From Eledone cirrhosa (Eukaryota): a stretch of 64,000 bases of DNA. Shown here in pieces: positions 12,638-25,316 of this stretch; the first letter of the stretch is position 1, and each line of letters opens with the position of its first letter. The translations under genes and the position numbers were made by a program. The stretch is taken from the NCBI GenBank assembly GCA_964016885.1, contig OZ024740.1:340194001-340258000 (forward strand). Direction: 5' to 3'. The notes beneath the pieces were generated by a model. It worked only from the letters and a program-made list of their open reading frames with translations. It did no database searches and was not told the origin of the DNA.

Positions 12638-14283
12638 CCATATATGTCGGCATACAAGGCTACCTTTTAACCCTAAAAATAGGGGGTTGTCTTACACTCC
12701 TGGTATTGTTTATGATAAGTTGTTAACATAGGAGATTTTTGACATTAGGCTAACCCCTGCCTTGATAACTATTGACACAAATATTTTTTTTTACTGAAAC
12801 AACTTAATTCACATTATTATGATAAAATAATAAAAGTGTAGTGTAACAAAAGTACTCTTAACTTATATAATATGTGGTATGATTGCACAATAATAATAAA
12901 ACCCATATTTATCAAGAGAGAAATCCAAAACCACACTGTAAACACACTGTAAACAAAACAACTGCTAACCTTGGGTCGTTCAAAGCACTTTGCCAGACAG
13001 AACACTCTGCCAGAGCATTCAGGAAAAAAGATGTTTACAGTAATAATTCAGTGTTTGCCCTTACAGCAGCTGATCATGTTATTATTACCAGGTAACAGTA
13101 AGTGTACCAGGTAGATTATGGTAGGGGAACAGCAAGTCTAGATTGTGGGAGATAATTGACAATATCTCCCCACCATTTTTTCATTAGAATTTAAGTTAAA
13201 AGAAAGTATATGCTGACTGAATTTATTTAATAAATTCAATACAATACATTTTAAAATACGATTGGTGTGGGGTCGTCTTGTATGGCAAATATAGCACAAA
13301 ATCTACATTTTAACTTGAAAATTTAGGGGTCATCTTATATGCCAAGTCGCCTTGATGCCAGCATATCATTATCATCATCATCACCGTTTTACGTCCATTC
13401 TTCCATGCTAGCATGGGTTAGACGGGTTGACCTGTTGTGGGCAGTGTCCGGTTGGCTGACCATGCCTTGCTCATATGGGAACTGATTCTGGCTTGATTTC
13501 TACAGCTGGATGCCCTTCCTAACACCAACCTCATTTACAGTGAGTGCTGGGTGCTTTTTTCTGTGGCGCCTACACCTCCACTTTACAGTGTGGGCTGGGT
13601 GCTTTTTCGCCATGGCACCTCCACGACTACTTTGCAGTGGGAGGGTGTGGGGGCATATTGTCTATATGCTTCAGCTTCGGCTTGTACCCGTGGGGGGTCA
13701 GGTCTTCTGTATTACTGCGTGACGCCAGAGGTCACGGTCATGTGTCATCACCTTTGAGAGGTGTAATTGGGTAAGGTCGGTTTTTATCACCTCATCCCAG
13801 GTCTTCTTGGGTCTCCCCACTCCACGGTTTCCATCGACTTCTAGTGCTCTGCACCTTTTTATGCAGCTGTCATCCTTCATACGCATCACATGTCCATACC
13901 AACGCAACCTCCTCTCCTGTACACAGCATTTGATTCCTCTTATGCTCAGTCTCTCTCTCAATTCGTTTGCGCTTTGCCGTTTGCGTATATTACTATTACA
14001 CATCCATCGGAGCATGCAGGCTTCTTTCTAATCTACGCAAGTCTTCCACAGACACCGCCCTGGTCTCACTACCATGTAGCATTGCTGTTCGTATACACGC
14101 ATCATACAGTCTGCCTTTCATTTTGAGGGAAAAGCCTTTTGCAGCTAGCAGTGGCAGTAGCTCCCTGAACTTCTTCCATCCCGTTCTAACCCTAGTTATT
14201 GTACTTTCCAAACACCCACCTCCACTGCTAATTCGGCCACCTAGGTAGCAGAAGCTGTCTACTATTTCTACAGAGCCCTATGG
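12638..14283. mobile_element. Tc1/mariner/pogo-type non-autonomous element whose right TIR is split by an RTE insertion
   Basis: Left TA-CCATATATGTCGGCATACAAGGC; right TIR = GCCTTGATGCCAGCATAT (ends about 13366) + ATGG-TA (14280-14285). Confidence 0.6.
13367..14279 (-). mobile_element. RTE-clade LINE, 5'-truncated young copy
   Basis: ORFs 13996-14211 and 13698-14015 (GWKKFRELLPLL, MLRWMC, RRLRWYGHV, GRPKKTW); near-identical to 26205-27135; (CAT)n tail. Confidence 0.92.
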
Positions 14284-14680
14284 TAATATTTTCCTAAAAC
14301 TTGATAATTTTCCCTGTTTTAATAATATCTATAGTACAATTTATTGTAATTTACATATGAAGTAATATAAAATGGAAAAAACGGAATTTATCAAAAATCA
14401 TAATAGAAAAAAGGGAATTTACCAAAAGTAAAAACAGAATTAAGAAAAATTTGAAACATAATTTGTTCCCCTACATTTTGTGCTAATTCATATATCCCAC
14501 TTACTATTATATGTGTATTCATTTTGATGAAAACAAAAATAGAAGCCTAGCAGTTGTATTGCAGATTAACATTATAAATGGTGGATATCACGAATGAGTG
14601 GGCATGCAAGCAAGCAGGCATTTTTTCTGTGTGTATTAGTTTCTTTTTAAAATCAAAGCCTCATATCATATGTACTATTT

Positions 14681-17472
14681 ATAATAATAATAATAATAAT
14701 AATAATGAAATTATTGTGTAAAGTGCTCAGGTGCACTACAACTCGTCAATATAGTACATAGAATAATACACAAATGCCAGGGAAGTACATGTTTGTATGT
14801 GTTAGCTGTAGTGTTGGCGGATCTCGGGAAGCATGGAGGCCTTAAAGGATGCAGTGTCTCGACAGCTAACAACTGATGCAGGTAGTTTGTTCCATGCTTC
14901 AGCAACTCTGAGCGTGAAACAATGTTTCCGAAAGTCATGGGAACTGTGCTGTTTTCTTACTTTGTGGGCATGTCCACGTGTGTTAGACACATGGAAATCG
15001 AAAAGGCACTCAGGGTTGTTGTTGGCAACATGGTTAACAATTTTGTGGGTGTTTACCAAGTCAGTTGCCAGGCGTCGGAGCTTCAATGAATCCATGCCCA
15101 GGGAAGCAAGGCGCTCAGAGTATGGTAGATGCCTGATGGAGGGTATTCGCTTGGTTGCACGTCTCTGAACAGTTTCCAGGCGGTCAATGTCCTGAGCAAG
15201 ATAGGGGTTCCAGACTGGTGATGCAAATTCTAAGTGTGGTCGCACCATAGCTGTATACAGCCTTAAATAGATATCTGGAGAGCGGCTGATAAAGGTCTTG
15301 CTGAGTGATGCTAAGACACCCTCGGCCCTCTTGACAATTTTAGAGACGTGCCTCGTCCAACGCAAATCGCTGCTGACCGTAATGCCCAGGTCACGTTCAC
15401 AGGAAGACTTCTTGATATTAGTGCTGTGGAGGGAGTATGTGGACGCTGGGTTTTTACTCCCAAAATGCATGGTGGTGCACTTGTCCACAGCTAGCTTGAG
15501 TTGCCAGTCTGAGATCCACTGTTGCATTGTGTCCAGGTCAGACTGCAAGCAAGATCTAGTGTTCAGGATCTGTCCTTTTTATCTCAAGGTACAGTTTGAT
15601 GTCGTCTGCGTACTTTAGTACTGTGGCATTCCTTAAGTTGGCATCTATGTCATTAATATATGCCACAAACAAAAGGGGGCCAAGAACAGATCCCTGAGGT
15701 ACACCAGATGACATCTCATATGGTGAGGAATGCTGTCCCAGAACCGTGACTACCTCTCTTCGACTGAGAATGAAGGACTTCAACCAGTTAAAAAGATCAT
15801 CCTTCACACCCATTGCAGAGAGTTTTGCCATAAGCCTTTTGTGCGGCACAGAATTGAAGGCCTTCGCAAAGTCAAGGTAAACAACATCCACCCATGAGCC
15901 GCCATCAGTGATCCGGGTGATGTCCTCAAGAAACTCTATAAGTTGATCACAGCAGCTGGAGTTGGGGATAAATCCAAATTGCGAGGGCCGGATAAGACTG
16001 TGAGAGCTCCAGAAGTTCCAAAGTGTTTCTCTGACACAGGATTCCATCAGTTTGGCGATGCAACTAGTAAGACTGACTGGACGATAGTTCACAGGTGATG
16101 TGCGGTCACCCTTTTTGAACAGAGGAATTACACTGGCAGTTTTCCACTGTTCTGGAGTAGCACTGTTGTTCAGACAGAATTGGAAGAAGCGTGATAACTG
16201 GTGTAGAAGGAAGTACCCACCACGTTTAAGAAGCAGGTACGTAACACCATCAAGACCAGGAGAGGCATGGTTGCGTTTATTTTTTAGGTGATGTCGCAGC
16301 ATTGCAGGTGTAAATTCCATGGTTGTAATAGAGTCCGGTGTCATAGGTGGTGGAGATGGTACACTCTGGTCTTCAATGGTGAAAATGCCTGCATAGCATT
16401 CAGCAATGAGCTCTGCGCATTCCTTGGGGTCGTCAGTAACCTGGCTTGTGTGGGGATTGCGAAGAGGACCAACTGGAGAGTGAGGCCTCTGCTTTGAGTG
16501 AACATACTTCCAGAACACCTTACTGTCAGGGCTGGTTGCTATGCGCTGCTCAAATTGAAGCACTGCCTTTTTTGTCACCTGTTTGAGGTGGTTGGACGAT
16601 CTATTTCGCCTCTTCCTATTAATGTCTGATTTGTGAAGTTTGTACTCACGTTCAGCATTGCGCCGTTCTTTTCTGGCAAGACGGACTGCTGCAGTCTCCC
16701 AAATTGCGCTTTTAGGATGTTTTTTCCGCTTACGTAGCACCGATGCTGCACATGCTGTCCATATTGAGCTCAGGATGTTCTGGAGTACAGTGTTGACATC
16801 TCCAGAGTCATAGAACTCAAGCCAGTTTGGCCGTTGCAACTCGGTGCAGTAACAGTTCCAGTCTGCTTTATTCCAGTCAAAGTGAGCAGTTTGGAGATGG
16901 TTGTGGTTCTTGAAAAAAACTTCCTGCTGTGATTGGTTCAAATCAGCACAAGGAATTGCCGACAGATTTGACCGAACGTAGACCATTACACCACCACCAC
17001 GATGATTAATACGGTCTTTACGAAACAGGTTGTAGCCAGTCATGCTGAAAACCCCATCACAGAGTAAGGGATGTGCCCAAGTTTCCGTGACTGTAATGAA
17101 GTCCGGGTTGATACTTTTGACGTAGGAGTCAAAAAGATGAATCTTATTGCATAGACTACGTGCATTCAAGGACAACAGTTTGTACTTTGATTCCAGTCTA
17201 TGATTATGTGCAGGGGATGGCAGGTTGTTCTGATTTAGTTTCCCAGAGTTTTTTCAGTTTCTTTATTGTCAGTTGTTGTGGGTACACTGTTTTCAGACCA
17301 GCTGGTGTCTCTTTTCCATGATTCGCCAGCCTTAACAAACTTCCATATCTGCCCATCATCTCGTAGGCTGAAGCTTTCATGTTCTGCCGAGCTGCGGTTT
17401 AGGGAAGCTGCAGCACGCAACTTTGGGCGGACATCAGGTGGAAGACCAGGACGTGTTCGGAAAGCAATCCGA
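14681..17472 (-). mobile_element. CR1/L2-group LINE: ORF1 C-terminus, ORF2 (partial APE + RT), 3' UTR, (ATT)n tail
   Basis: ORF 15556-17175 has LNARS, VTETW, NYRPVSLTS, YLDFAKAF, GVPQGSVLGP, YADD; ORF 14802-15548 has ERDLG, VRPHLE, QRRATK, TRGH; tail at 14681-14706. Confidence 0.93.
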
Positions 17473-18863
17473 CTTAATATATATAATATTCTGTTCTAGC
17501 TACATTGGTTTATTAATCAGTGGAGAATGTAAATAAAACCATAGTTAAATATTTTCTTCAGATCCTACCGTGGTCAACTTTTCCTTTCACCCTTCTGGGG
17601 TCAATAAAATAAAATACCAGTCATATACAAGGTCGATTTACTCAGCTTAACCCCTCCCCAGAATACTACCCTTATGCCTAAATTAGAAACCTTTAATATT
17701 TTATGTCTGTTTTCTATCTTTGCAGTACTTTTAGATAGAGAGAGCTTTATGCAAATTAATTATTTCTTATCCTATCATATATATTAAGCATAAATTAGAA
17801 TACTCAAAGTGAAGGAGCTGTTCATAAGAATGGGGAAATAGTATTTAGTACTGCTTCATACTACTAAGATAAAGTGAACTCAACTAATTAGATTGACTAA
17901 AACCTCCTCCCTCCAAAATGATGTATGACCTTGGGCCAAAGATGGAAATCAATAATGAAATTTTTAGCTTCACTGAATAAAAGATATTTTTATATAAACA
18001 TCCTCCTTCCTCAGTTTCCTAGATACATAGTTGCCTGGTAAGCAGTCAGACTATTTGCTGAATCATTGCTTTAATCAACAGTGTTCAATTTATAGATTTA
18101 AACTCAGTCAGTTGTTCTGAAATTTAAAAAAAAATGATATATCATTACTAAGAACATAAAGTTATTTTTGTATATAAGTTTCAATATGTATTATTATTTT
18201 TTTTTAATTTAACTATTATAAAACAATGAGTCAAAAACCTTGAAAAAAAGTAAAAATACAAATGAGTTAAAAACAAGAGTTGAAGGTGATGTGAGGTGGT
18301 TTGTGTGAGTAAATCTTACATCAATAAACATCTAAAACTATAAAATATTTGTGTATAATGAAGAGAAGACATGCAATGAATTTTACCTGCTCTATGAATT
18401 CTGACAATCTATCATCATTTTTACCCAATATATTAATTGGAGTAAGGAGCAGTGGACTGGTAGAATCATTGGAGCATCTGACAAAATACTTTGCAGTATT
18501 TGTTCCATCTCTCTACATTCTGAGTTCAAATCCCACCAACGTCAACTCTACCTTTCATCCTTCTAGGGATGAAAGTCAATAAAATTTTCCTAAATTAGAA
18601 GCCATATTAACTGGGATAAGCTGTCAATATTAACCACAAAATCATTTTACCCAACGTACTAACAAGGATAATTATCATCATCATCGTTCTTACATCTGCT
18701 TTTCCATGAATTGGATGGGACTTTAGAGGTTGTGGTTTACAGTTGCATACCTTTCCTGATGTAAAACCTTTTAGTCAGCACTTACAAAATGTAGAGATAC
18801 AGTGTACCTATTCTAAACACCAGTGACAACAGCAACAACAATAACAATAAAAGCAACATCAAT

Positions 18864-18907
18864 GTATATATATATAGAGAGAGAGAGATAGATAGATATA
18901 CATACAT

Positions 18908-18970
<63 letters not shown>
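18864..18970. repeat. Compound microsatellite (TA)(GA)(GATA)(CATA)(CA)(TA)n
   Basis: Direct reading; similar compound arrays at 21612-21720, 22733-22820, 23404-23442 and 54977-55018. Confidence 0.95.
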
Positions 18971-18971
<1 letters not shown>

Positions 18972-19312
18972 CACAGAAGACCCGACCCCCCGCCACAGGA
19001 ACAAGCCGAAGCTGAAGTATATAAACAATATGCCCCCACACCCTCCCACTGGAAAGTGGTCGTGGAGGTGCCACGGCAAAAAAGCACCCAGCCCACACTG
19101 TAAAGTGGAGGTGTAGGCGCCACGGAAAAAAAGCACCCAGCACTCACTGTAAATGAGGTTGGTGTTAGGAAGGGCATCCAGCTGTAGAAATCAAGCCAGA
19201 ATCAGTTCCTGTATGAGCAAGACAAGGTCAGCCGACTGGACACTGCTCACAACAGGACAACCCGTTTAACCCATGCTAGCGTGGAAGAATGGACGTAAAA
19301 CGATGATGATGA
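18971..19312 (+). mobile_element. RTE LINE 3' UTR-only fragment
   Basis: Near-identical to 26780-27105; ends GGACGTAAAACGATGATGAT. Confidence 0.9.
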
Positions 19313-19319
19313 TATATAT

Positions 19320-21606
19320 ATATGATGGCTGCAAACTCTGCCAAGAGTATTGCAATCGCTTGTCAGATTCAGATGTGTAACGCTCGGATATGGCTTTTCA
19401 AACCTGCTAGGGACTTGCACTCCTTCACACACTGACGACAACTATGGATCTCCCTGGCTTGAGGTCCTGCATCAGGTTGCCCGTTAACCCTCACAACACC
19501 ATGGAGATCATAGTTCACTGGTTCTCTTTGAACATGGCTGCAACTGTGGCTCCTGAGACAGATTTGATCAAGCAAATTTTTCCACACTCAGGGCACTTCA
19601 ATTCAATGGAGACACCGATCGTTTCGAGAGATACACCAGGGCATTTCTTATGCACATCCCATTTGATCTTCTCGTGCTCTATGCGTCTGTCCTCAAAATT
19701 ATGGAGCCCATCATTCACCATTCCATGCCAAGTTTCTCTTTCAAGAGCTTCTATCTCCCAGTCAGCCATCATCAAACCAGTTTTTTTCAATGAGTCCTTT
19801 ACACAATCCTTGAATTGGAGCCTTGGCTTGTGAGGTGGTCTCTTAGCGTCACAAAGCTCGCCATACAAGAGTTGTTTTGGGATTCAATCATCCTCCATTC
19901 TGCAGAGGTGTCCGGTCCATCGGAAACGTTGGTGGATGATACTCTCAATGCTCCGACACTCACTTCTCTCAAGGACCTCAACATCACTCACATGCATCTG
20001 CCACCTGATACCGAGCATCTTTCTGAGACACTGCTGGTGAAACCTTTCCAGTCTGTGGATATGCCATTTGTAGGCAACCCATGTCTCACATGCATACAGC
20101 AAAGCTGACAGTACACATGCAGCATACACTCTCACCTTGGTCCTTATTGTGATTCCTCGCCTGCACCAAAGACAGTTGTTGAGCCTTTCAAATGACTCAC
20201 TTGCCTTACTAACACGTAGACCAACTTCTGCATCCAGAGAGCAGGCCACACTCAGAGTACTCTCCAAATACACAAATGTGTCAGCAGCCTTCAGCTTTTG
20301 ACCATATACATATATGGAGGGTTCATTGAAAACTTTATCTGGAACAGGTTGGTACATGATGACAGTCTTCTTCAGACTGATTGTCAGTCCCAAAGCACTG
20401 CACACATTGGAAAAAGAATTCATAAGGTGTTGCATGTCACTCTGAGAGTGTGCAAAGAGATCATAATCATCTGCATATTAAAATTTTCTGATCAAGGTAC
20501 TCAGTACCTTAGTGTTTGCAGTGAGACACCTGAGGTTAAACAGCTTGCCGGAAGTGCGATACCTGAGATAGATACCGTGTGATGATCCCTGAAGGCCATG
20601 AAGAACAAAGTTGGTGCAGGTATATCACCCTGCTTGACACCATTTTCAACCGAGATTGGCTCAAACAGTTTACCTCCAGCATTCACCTATGCCTGCATGT
20701 CATCGTGGAAGAGTTTCAGAATGTTCACAAACTTTTCAGGACAGCCTAATCTCTCCAAAATAACCCACAAAGCCGAATAATGGTGTCAAATGCCTATGTC
20801 AGATCGATAAAAACTTGGTATAAGTCCATGTGCTGCTCAATGTATTTCTCTTGAAGTTGTTTGGCCGAGAAGATCATGTCAACAGTGCCTCTGCCATTCC
20901 TAAAGCCACATTGTGACTCAAGAAGTACCTCAACAACAATGTGCTGCATCAATCTGTCCAACAAAATCCTGCACAAGATCTTCCCAGCCACAGATAGCAG
21001 TGAGATACCTCTGTAGTTGCCACAGTCATCTTTGGTTCCCTTTCCTTTGTAAAGTACCACCATCAATGCATCTTTCCAGTCCTGAGGTACATCTTCTTCA
21101 TTCCAAACATTCACAAAGAGATCAGTGAGGTGGTTTAAGAAGTTATCACCAGCACACTAGAAAATCTCAGTACTCAGTCCATCCATTCCAGGTGACTTGC
21201 CGCTGTTTAATTTGGTAATGGCCTTCGCACACCTCATCAAATGAAGGGGGATCAGTCATTGCCAGCTTTGTAGGTCTGGATGGAATCTACCGGATGAACT
21301 CATCAATTTCTAATGGTCTGTTGAGAAGCTCATCAAAGTGGTCATGCCACCTGATCAGGATTTCCTTTGGATCTCTAAGTAATTCCTTGCCGTCCCTGGA
21401 GCGAAGTGGTGATATTTGTAAACCGGTTGGACCATACACCTCCCTGAGCAGACTGTATAAGATCTTTGTATCATGTCTATCTGAGGCCTTCTGGATTTCA
21501 TCAGCCTTTTGGCTCCACCAGGGATCCTGCATGGCTATCAATCGATGTTGCACACATGCCTTGATCTTCCTGAAGGTCCGGTCACTCCTGTCAGAACATG
21601 TCTCAC
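19320..21606 (-). mobile_element. RTE (BovB-like) LINE, decayed RT and C-terminal zinc-finger region
   Basis: NYRGISLLSVAGKI, ESQCGFR..RGTVDMIF, GVKQG, LLYACETW, LERFHQQCLRKMLGIRW, MYGEL, C-terminal CxxC...H motifs; multiple frameshifts. Confidence 0.9.
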
Positions 21607-21616
21607 ACAAAAATAT

Positions 21617-21697
<81 letters not shown>

Positions 21698-21824
21698 TAG
21701 ATAGATAGATATAGATATATTTATCCAGGAAGTGTAATGCAAAGTTACTGTAGGTTCACCTAGGTAACCACTCAATGTTTAGGTTCACATCAGTATCAAG
21801 GTGTAGAGCTAGACAGAATGTAAT

Positions 21825-22105
21825 ATAATAATACATGGATGAATGGTTACGCCTTCATTACGTTTATTGGTTGGTGACACATTTTGCTACTGATCAGCTC
21901 AAGGTTTGATCTGTATCGATCGGGCCCGACCCAGGAATCAAAAGCTCATCGGACCTCTATAGTAGTAATGACAGAACGATGAGCTTTTGATTCCAGAGTC
22001 GGGCCAGATCAATACAGATCGAACTTTGAGCTGTTCAGTAGTGAAACGCGCATCACCAACCAATAAACGTAATAAAGGCGTAACCATTCGTCCTTGTATC
22101 ATTAT
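21825..22105. mobile_element. Fold-back/MITE-like element with about 127-bp arms and 25-nt loop
   Basis: 21825-21951 is an imperfect reverse complement of 21977-22105. Confidence 0.85.
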
Positions 22106-22106
22106 T

Positions 22107-22477
22107 GGATTGGATTGGCAGTAGAGGGTCTGACGTCATGCTGTTCAGCATAGAGTTACGGCCCTTTACGTTCAGAGTTCAAATCCCGCCAAGGTTAACT
22201 TTACCTTTCATCCTTACGGGATCGATGGAATAAAGTACCAGTAATACACTGGGATGATGGCTGACCTTGTGCCAAAAGTAGAAACAATTATTATATTGGC
22301 AGTATCAGTAGAGGGTCTGACGCTATGCTTTCCAGCATAGAGTTACGCCCCTTTACGGTCTGAGTTCAAATCCCACCGAGGTTAACTTTACCTTTCATCC
22401 TTACGGAGTCGATAAAATAAAGTACCAGTAATAAACTAGGATAATTGCTGGCCTTGTACAAAAGTAGAAACAATTAT
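22107..22477 (+). mobile_element. Tandem head-to-tail pair of SINE family 1
   Basis: Two copies (about 22107-22290 and 22297-22477), each with B-box GAGTTCAAATCC and ending GTAGAAACAATTA. Confidence 0.88.
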
Positions 22478-22820
22478 TATATACATATATATATATAAAT
22501 ATAAATTCAGCGAGAATCGCATTTCGGCTGGTAGAAAAAGCGAAACGGAACGCAAAATCAAAGTTATGCTGGCAAGCGCTCCATAGTTAAAAAACCAGAG
22601 CTAAACAATATGTTAAAACGCCATACAAACTGAAAAAGTGGTCAAGAAGACATTAACCACCTAAGCCAAAAAACAAATCACGCTAAACAGGTCAAACAAA
22701 ATAAATGATAAAAAATAAATGATAAAAAAATGATATATATATATATACACACACACACAGATAGATAAATAAAGAAAGAGAGAGAGAGACATACATACAT
22801 ACATGCATACATACATACAT

Positions 22821-23393
22821 GGTGGCTGCCAACTCGTTTTCGAGTACGGCCACTACTTTATATCCATGTAGGAGAACCCCTACCGATGGGCTGAATGAGT
22901 GTGACTTTTCAGTCCAGCCAGCAACTTAAAAACTCTGGTACAAACACTACACTTGTGACAATTACTGACACATAGTGCTGGGCCCATGGTACCATGTGAC
23001 GACAAGTGCAGAGAGATCTCCAGATATAAAGCAATGCCTGTGCCGTGAAGCTTTTATAGTGAGCAAAGGCACTGCACAAAGCCAGTCCCACTCTCTTAAC
23101 CAAGATGATATTTACCAAAAAGAAGAACAAGTCAACATCATTGGATACCATCAGGGTTGCAGGTGTTATATCAGAGTTTTCCTTCTCCTAGAATTCTGCC
23201 TTGACAAAGGCTAAGGGGTCATCTCTCCCGGTGATTTTGGATGGCCATTGACTCTTAAGAGCTCCTTTGCCCTTTGACAGGTTTTGTTTTTAGTCTTGCA
23301 GGATGTCCAAAGTCACCCTCCTCACCAAGAAACCTTGGTGGGGTTGCCAGTTTAGTCGCCAACGACTCGACCATGAGACAGGTTGTACTGGGA
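22821..23393 (-). mobile_element. Probable RTE LINE 5' UTR fragment
   Basis: Minus strand contains TCTAGGAGAAGGAAAACTCTGA, which I recall from RTE 5' UTRs; collinear with the RTE ORF at 19320-21606; bounded by (CATA)n arrays. Confidence 0.45.
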
Positions 23394-24018
23394 TACATGT
23401 TACCATACATACATACATACATACATACATACATACATACATAAATGGGTAGATTATTGCAATTTTGGGGAAGGTCATTTTGCCAATAATACAAATATGT
23501 ATGTGGGAGTGATGTATGCTTGCATTTGTGTCTGGTTTAACATAGGCATCAAATCTACTGAATATGTATGTTTGAGTGTGTGAGTGTGCATGTGTGCGAG
23601 TGTGAATGTGTGTGAGGGTGGGGGTGGGGTCTGTGTGTGTGTGCACGTGTGTGTATTATGGAGAAAATTATGATTCACTTTTGTTATTCAGCCCAAGGTC
23701 AGCCTTCATTGAACAGACATCTAATAAAAGGCCTTCTTGATTTCTTGATATAATTATCCTGTCTTTACTCCTGACATAGTGCATCTAGTACATTAACTAG
23801 TGTATCCCTTCCTTCTTAAGATTGTAGGGTTTGATTTTGTAACTGATGTTGCTGCTATTTCCAGTAAGTCAACAAAGAATCTGTATATATGTATATAGAG
23901 AGAGAAGTAAATAAGACCTTTGTTGTTCCAATCTGTCCACAAAACACTGAGCAAACACCCTAAATGAAACATCAGCCTACATTCATGATTCCTGCTAAAC
24001 CAACTTGTGACACACCCT

Positions 24019-24179
24019 CCAAATTCAGCAAACTGAACGTGGACTGCCCACCTTCCCAAATTCGGTAAACTAAACATGGACTGCCCACCTTCCCAAATTC
24101 AATAAACTGAACATGGACTGCCCACCTTCCCAAATTTGGAAAACTGAACGTGGACTGCCCACCTTCCCAAACTCGGCAG
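24019..24179. repeat. 37-bp tandem minisatellite (about 4.3 copies)
   Basis: Unit CCAAATTCAGCAAACTGAACGTGGACTGCCCACCTTC at 24019, 24056, 24093, 24130. Confidence 0.93.
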
Positions 24180-24646
24180 CTTTCCTAAACTTAGAAAACC
24201 AAATATGAGCCACAACAGCAACTAAGAGAGTTTCTGTTCAATGATGTATATGAGAAACAATATCATCATCATTTTTATGTACATTTTGTTTTCCATACAT
24301 GCAAAGCTTATCCCACTTTCATGTGGTGTTAAGAAACTGAAAGAACAAGATTGCATACAGGACAGGATGTCAGACCCTTCTAAGGTTAACTCCAGATGTT
24401 GCTGGTAGTAATTTTTAGTTGAGTGGACTGGAGCAATGTGAAATGAAATGCCTTTCTTTTAAGATAATATGTCGCCCAATCAGTGTATAATCCATATGCA
24501 ACCGTCCCTATCATGAATAACATAGTGTGTGCACATGGGTACAGCTTTGCATGATCTTGCATTCAAATTTTGTTTTATTAAGTGAATAATGTGAGCAACC
24601 AGCCATAGTTAATATATTTACTATGGCTTTGTTCACCTTTACATGT

Positions 24647-25260
24647 CATCATCATCATCATCAACGTTTAACGTCTGTGTTCCACGCTTGCATGGGTTTG
24701 GACGGGGGTAGTCCCACTTGAGGCAAGAGTGATTGTCTTGCTCGCATAGGACTGTCTGGCAGGTTTTCTACAGTTGGATGCCCTTCCTAACACCAACCAC
24801 ATTTACAGTGTGGGGCTGGGAGGTTTTTACCGTGTTGCCTACACGGCCACATTACAGCGTGGACTGTGTGTTTTTTGTCGTGACACCTACACGATCTCAT
24901 TTGTTTCGGCCTGGATGTTGTGGCACCAACATAACTTTACATTGAAAGGGGCGGTGTGGATTGGGTGGAGGTGGTGGGACGGGGGGGGGGGGGGGGGGGG
25001 GTTGTTAGAGATGCCTACTGACTGTAGTAGATTTTACTTTGTATTTAGGTAAGGCGGGTCCTCTCTATTACTGAGTACCGCCAAAGGTCTCGGTGCAGTG
25101 ACATTGTCTTGGAGAGGTGTAAGCGTGTGAGGTTGGAATTTATCAGCTCGTCCCAGGTTTTTCTGTGTCTGCCTACTCCGTGGCTACCGTCTATCTTTAT
25201 TGCCCTGCACTTTGTTATACAGCTGTCGTCTTTCATGCGCATCACGTGACCATACCAACG
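24647..25260 (-). mobile_element. RTE LINE 3' end (sister subfamily)
   Basis: ORF 25045-25245 (MRMKDDSCITKC...GRHRKTWDE); (CAT)n tail at about 24647-24662. Confidence 0.85.
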
Positions 25261-25316
25261 GTATATGTATATATATATATATAAATGTTGTCAACAGAGG
25301 TATATATATATATATA

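Noticed and set aside
18782-19177. ORFs with YIYIYI/VCVC runs (also 21287-21775, 23255-23678)
   Set aside because: Translations of microsatellites and antisense LINE UTRs.
23340-23393. HDV-like ribozyme at the putative RTE 5' end (- strand)
   Set aside because: P2-like (CCAGT/ACTGG), P3-like (ACC/GGT) and CTAA elements are visible, but P1 and P1.1 cannot be placed; it needs a covariance-model or RNArobo search.
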